Shown here in pieces: positions 63,411 through 64,000 of a stretch of 64,000 nucleotides of DNA. Position 1 is the first letter of the stretch, and every line of letters starts with the position of its first letter. The stretch is taken from positions 2,250 to 66,249 of the forward strand of contig CBDHDY010000042.1 of the NCBI GenBank assembly GCA_965261885.1, in the 5' to 3' direction. The translations under genes were made by a program, and so were the position numbers. A model generated the notes under the pieces. The model did not search any database and was not told the origin of the DNA. It saw nothing but the letters and a program-made list of their open reading frames with translations. Source of the stretch: Dehalococcoidia bacterium. Lineage in GTDB: Bacteria; Chloroflexota; Dehalococcoidia; Lucifugimonadales; UBA3495.

Positions 63411-64000
63411 ATGAACGACCCCAAGAGCAATGGCCCCGGCTCGGATTACTTCCGGCAGGAATTCACCCGCCTCGTCGCCCGCCCCGAAGAGGATCTGGAC
63501 CTTGCCAGAGCCGCTCTGTTGGTTGCCGGAGAGGAATACCCAGACTTGGACGTTGTCCGGTATCTCAACCTTCTGGAGAGTTTCGCATCAGCTCTGGGGG
63601 ACCGGGCGCCAACAGGATGGCCGCCTGAGGAACGGGCCCGAGAGTTAGGACGATACCTGTTCGGCGAATTGGGATTCAACGGCAATTCCGCAGACTATTA
63701 CAACTCCGATAACAGCTATTTCAATCGCGTACTGGAAACCAGGACCGGAATCCCCATTACGCTGTCGTTGCTATTCATTGAGGTCGGCCGAAGGGCGGAC
63801 ATTCAATTGCGCGGAGTCGGCATGCCTGGCCACTTCCTGGTTGGGCTGGAAGGGACATCCCTTTTCTTTGACCCGTTCAATGGCAGTGCTGCCCTCTCAG
63901 TTGACGATTGCCGCAGGCTGGCGGAGGGTCTTTTCGGCTCGCGTTTCTCATGGGATGAGAGATATCTGACCCCCTGTACCAAGTATGAGTTCCTCTTTAG
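63411..64000 (+). CDS. Transglutaminase-like / SirB1-type protein (partial, runs off the window)
   Basis: ATG at 63411, 7 nt after GGAGG. GNSADYYNSDNSYFNRVLETRTGIPITLSLLFIEVGRR..GVGMPGHFLV is typical of the SirB1 N-terminal/transglutaminase-like family. It is absent from the ORF track because no stop codon falls inside the window. Confidence 0.75.
   Translation, partial: MNDPKSNGPGSDYFRQEFTRLVARPEEDLDLARAALLVAGEEYPDLDVVRYLNLLESFASALGDRAPTGWPPEERARELGRYLFGELGFNGNSADYYNSDNSYFNRVLETRTGIPITLSLLFIEVGRRADIQLRGVGMPGHFLVGLEGTSLFFDPFNGSAALSVDDCRRLAEGLFGSRFSWDERYLTPCTKYEFLF

Overview
High-GC (about 60% by eye, not computed) bacterial chromosomal segment. I call about 55 protein-coding genes and 5 tRNA genes, all with an encoded CCA end. 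I found no rRNA, CRISPR array, integrase or transposase. The backbone is housekeeping and catabolic. It includes tandem CoA-transferases, two thiolase/DUF35 modules, minCDE, amidohydrolases, an RdhA-like Fe-S protein, and hflX. It also has an LL-DAP-type aminotransferase with dapF, miaA, a pgk-apgM-tpiA cluster, tsaC, a family-5 UDG, formamidase, two ThDP enzymes, SDRs, an LLM oxidoreductase and PrpD. This gene mix suggests Chloroflexota (SAR202/Dehalococcoidia-like), but that is inference only. Small lower-GC, mostly single-gene insertions with a nuclease or defence flavour are scattered through the backbone. The candidates most worth follow-up are: (1) a solitary 1204-aa CHAT-NB-ARC-TPR (bacterial NLR/Avs-like) ORF whose caspase-type His position appears substituted. 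(2) A ~42% GC 495-aa orphan wedged between hflX and a tRNA cluster. (3) A translationally coupled 131-aa + 344-aa (PD-(D/E)xK-like) cassette. (4) A 657-693-aa coiled-coil protein with a 15-bp tandem repeat, next to tRNA-Val. (5) An HMG-CoA-synthase-like/DUF35 fusion that has lost the Glu/Cys/His triad, paired with an intact thiolase. There are also several decayed or frameshifted genes, a tandem Uma2 duplication that carries a copy of the dapF 3' end, and a tRNA-Arg with a GCG anticodon. All functional calls come from reading the translated ORFs against remembered family motifs. No database search was run.
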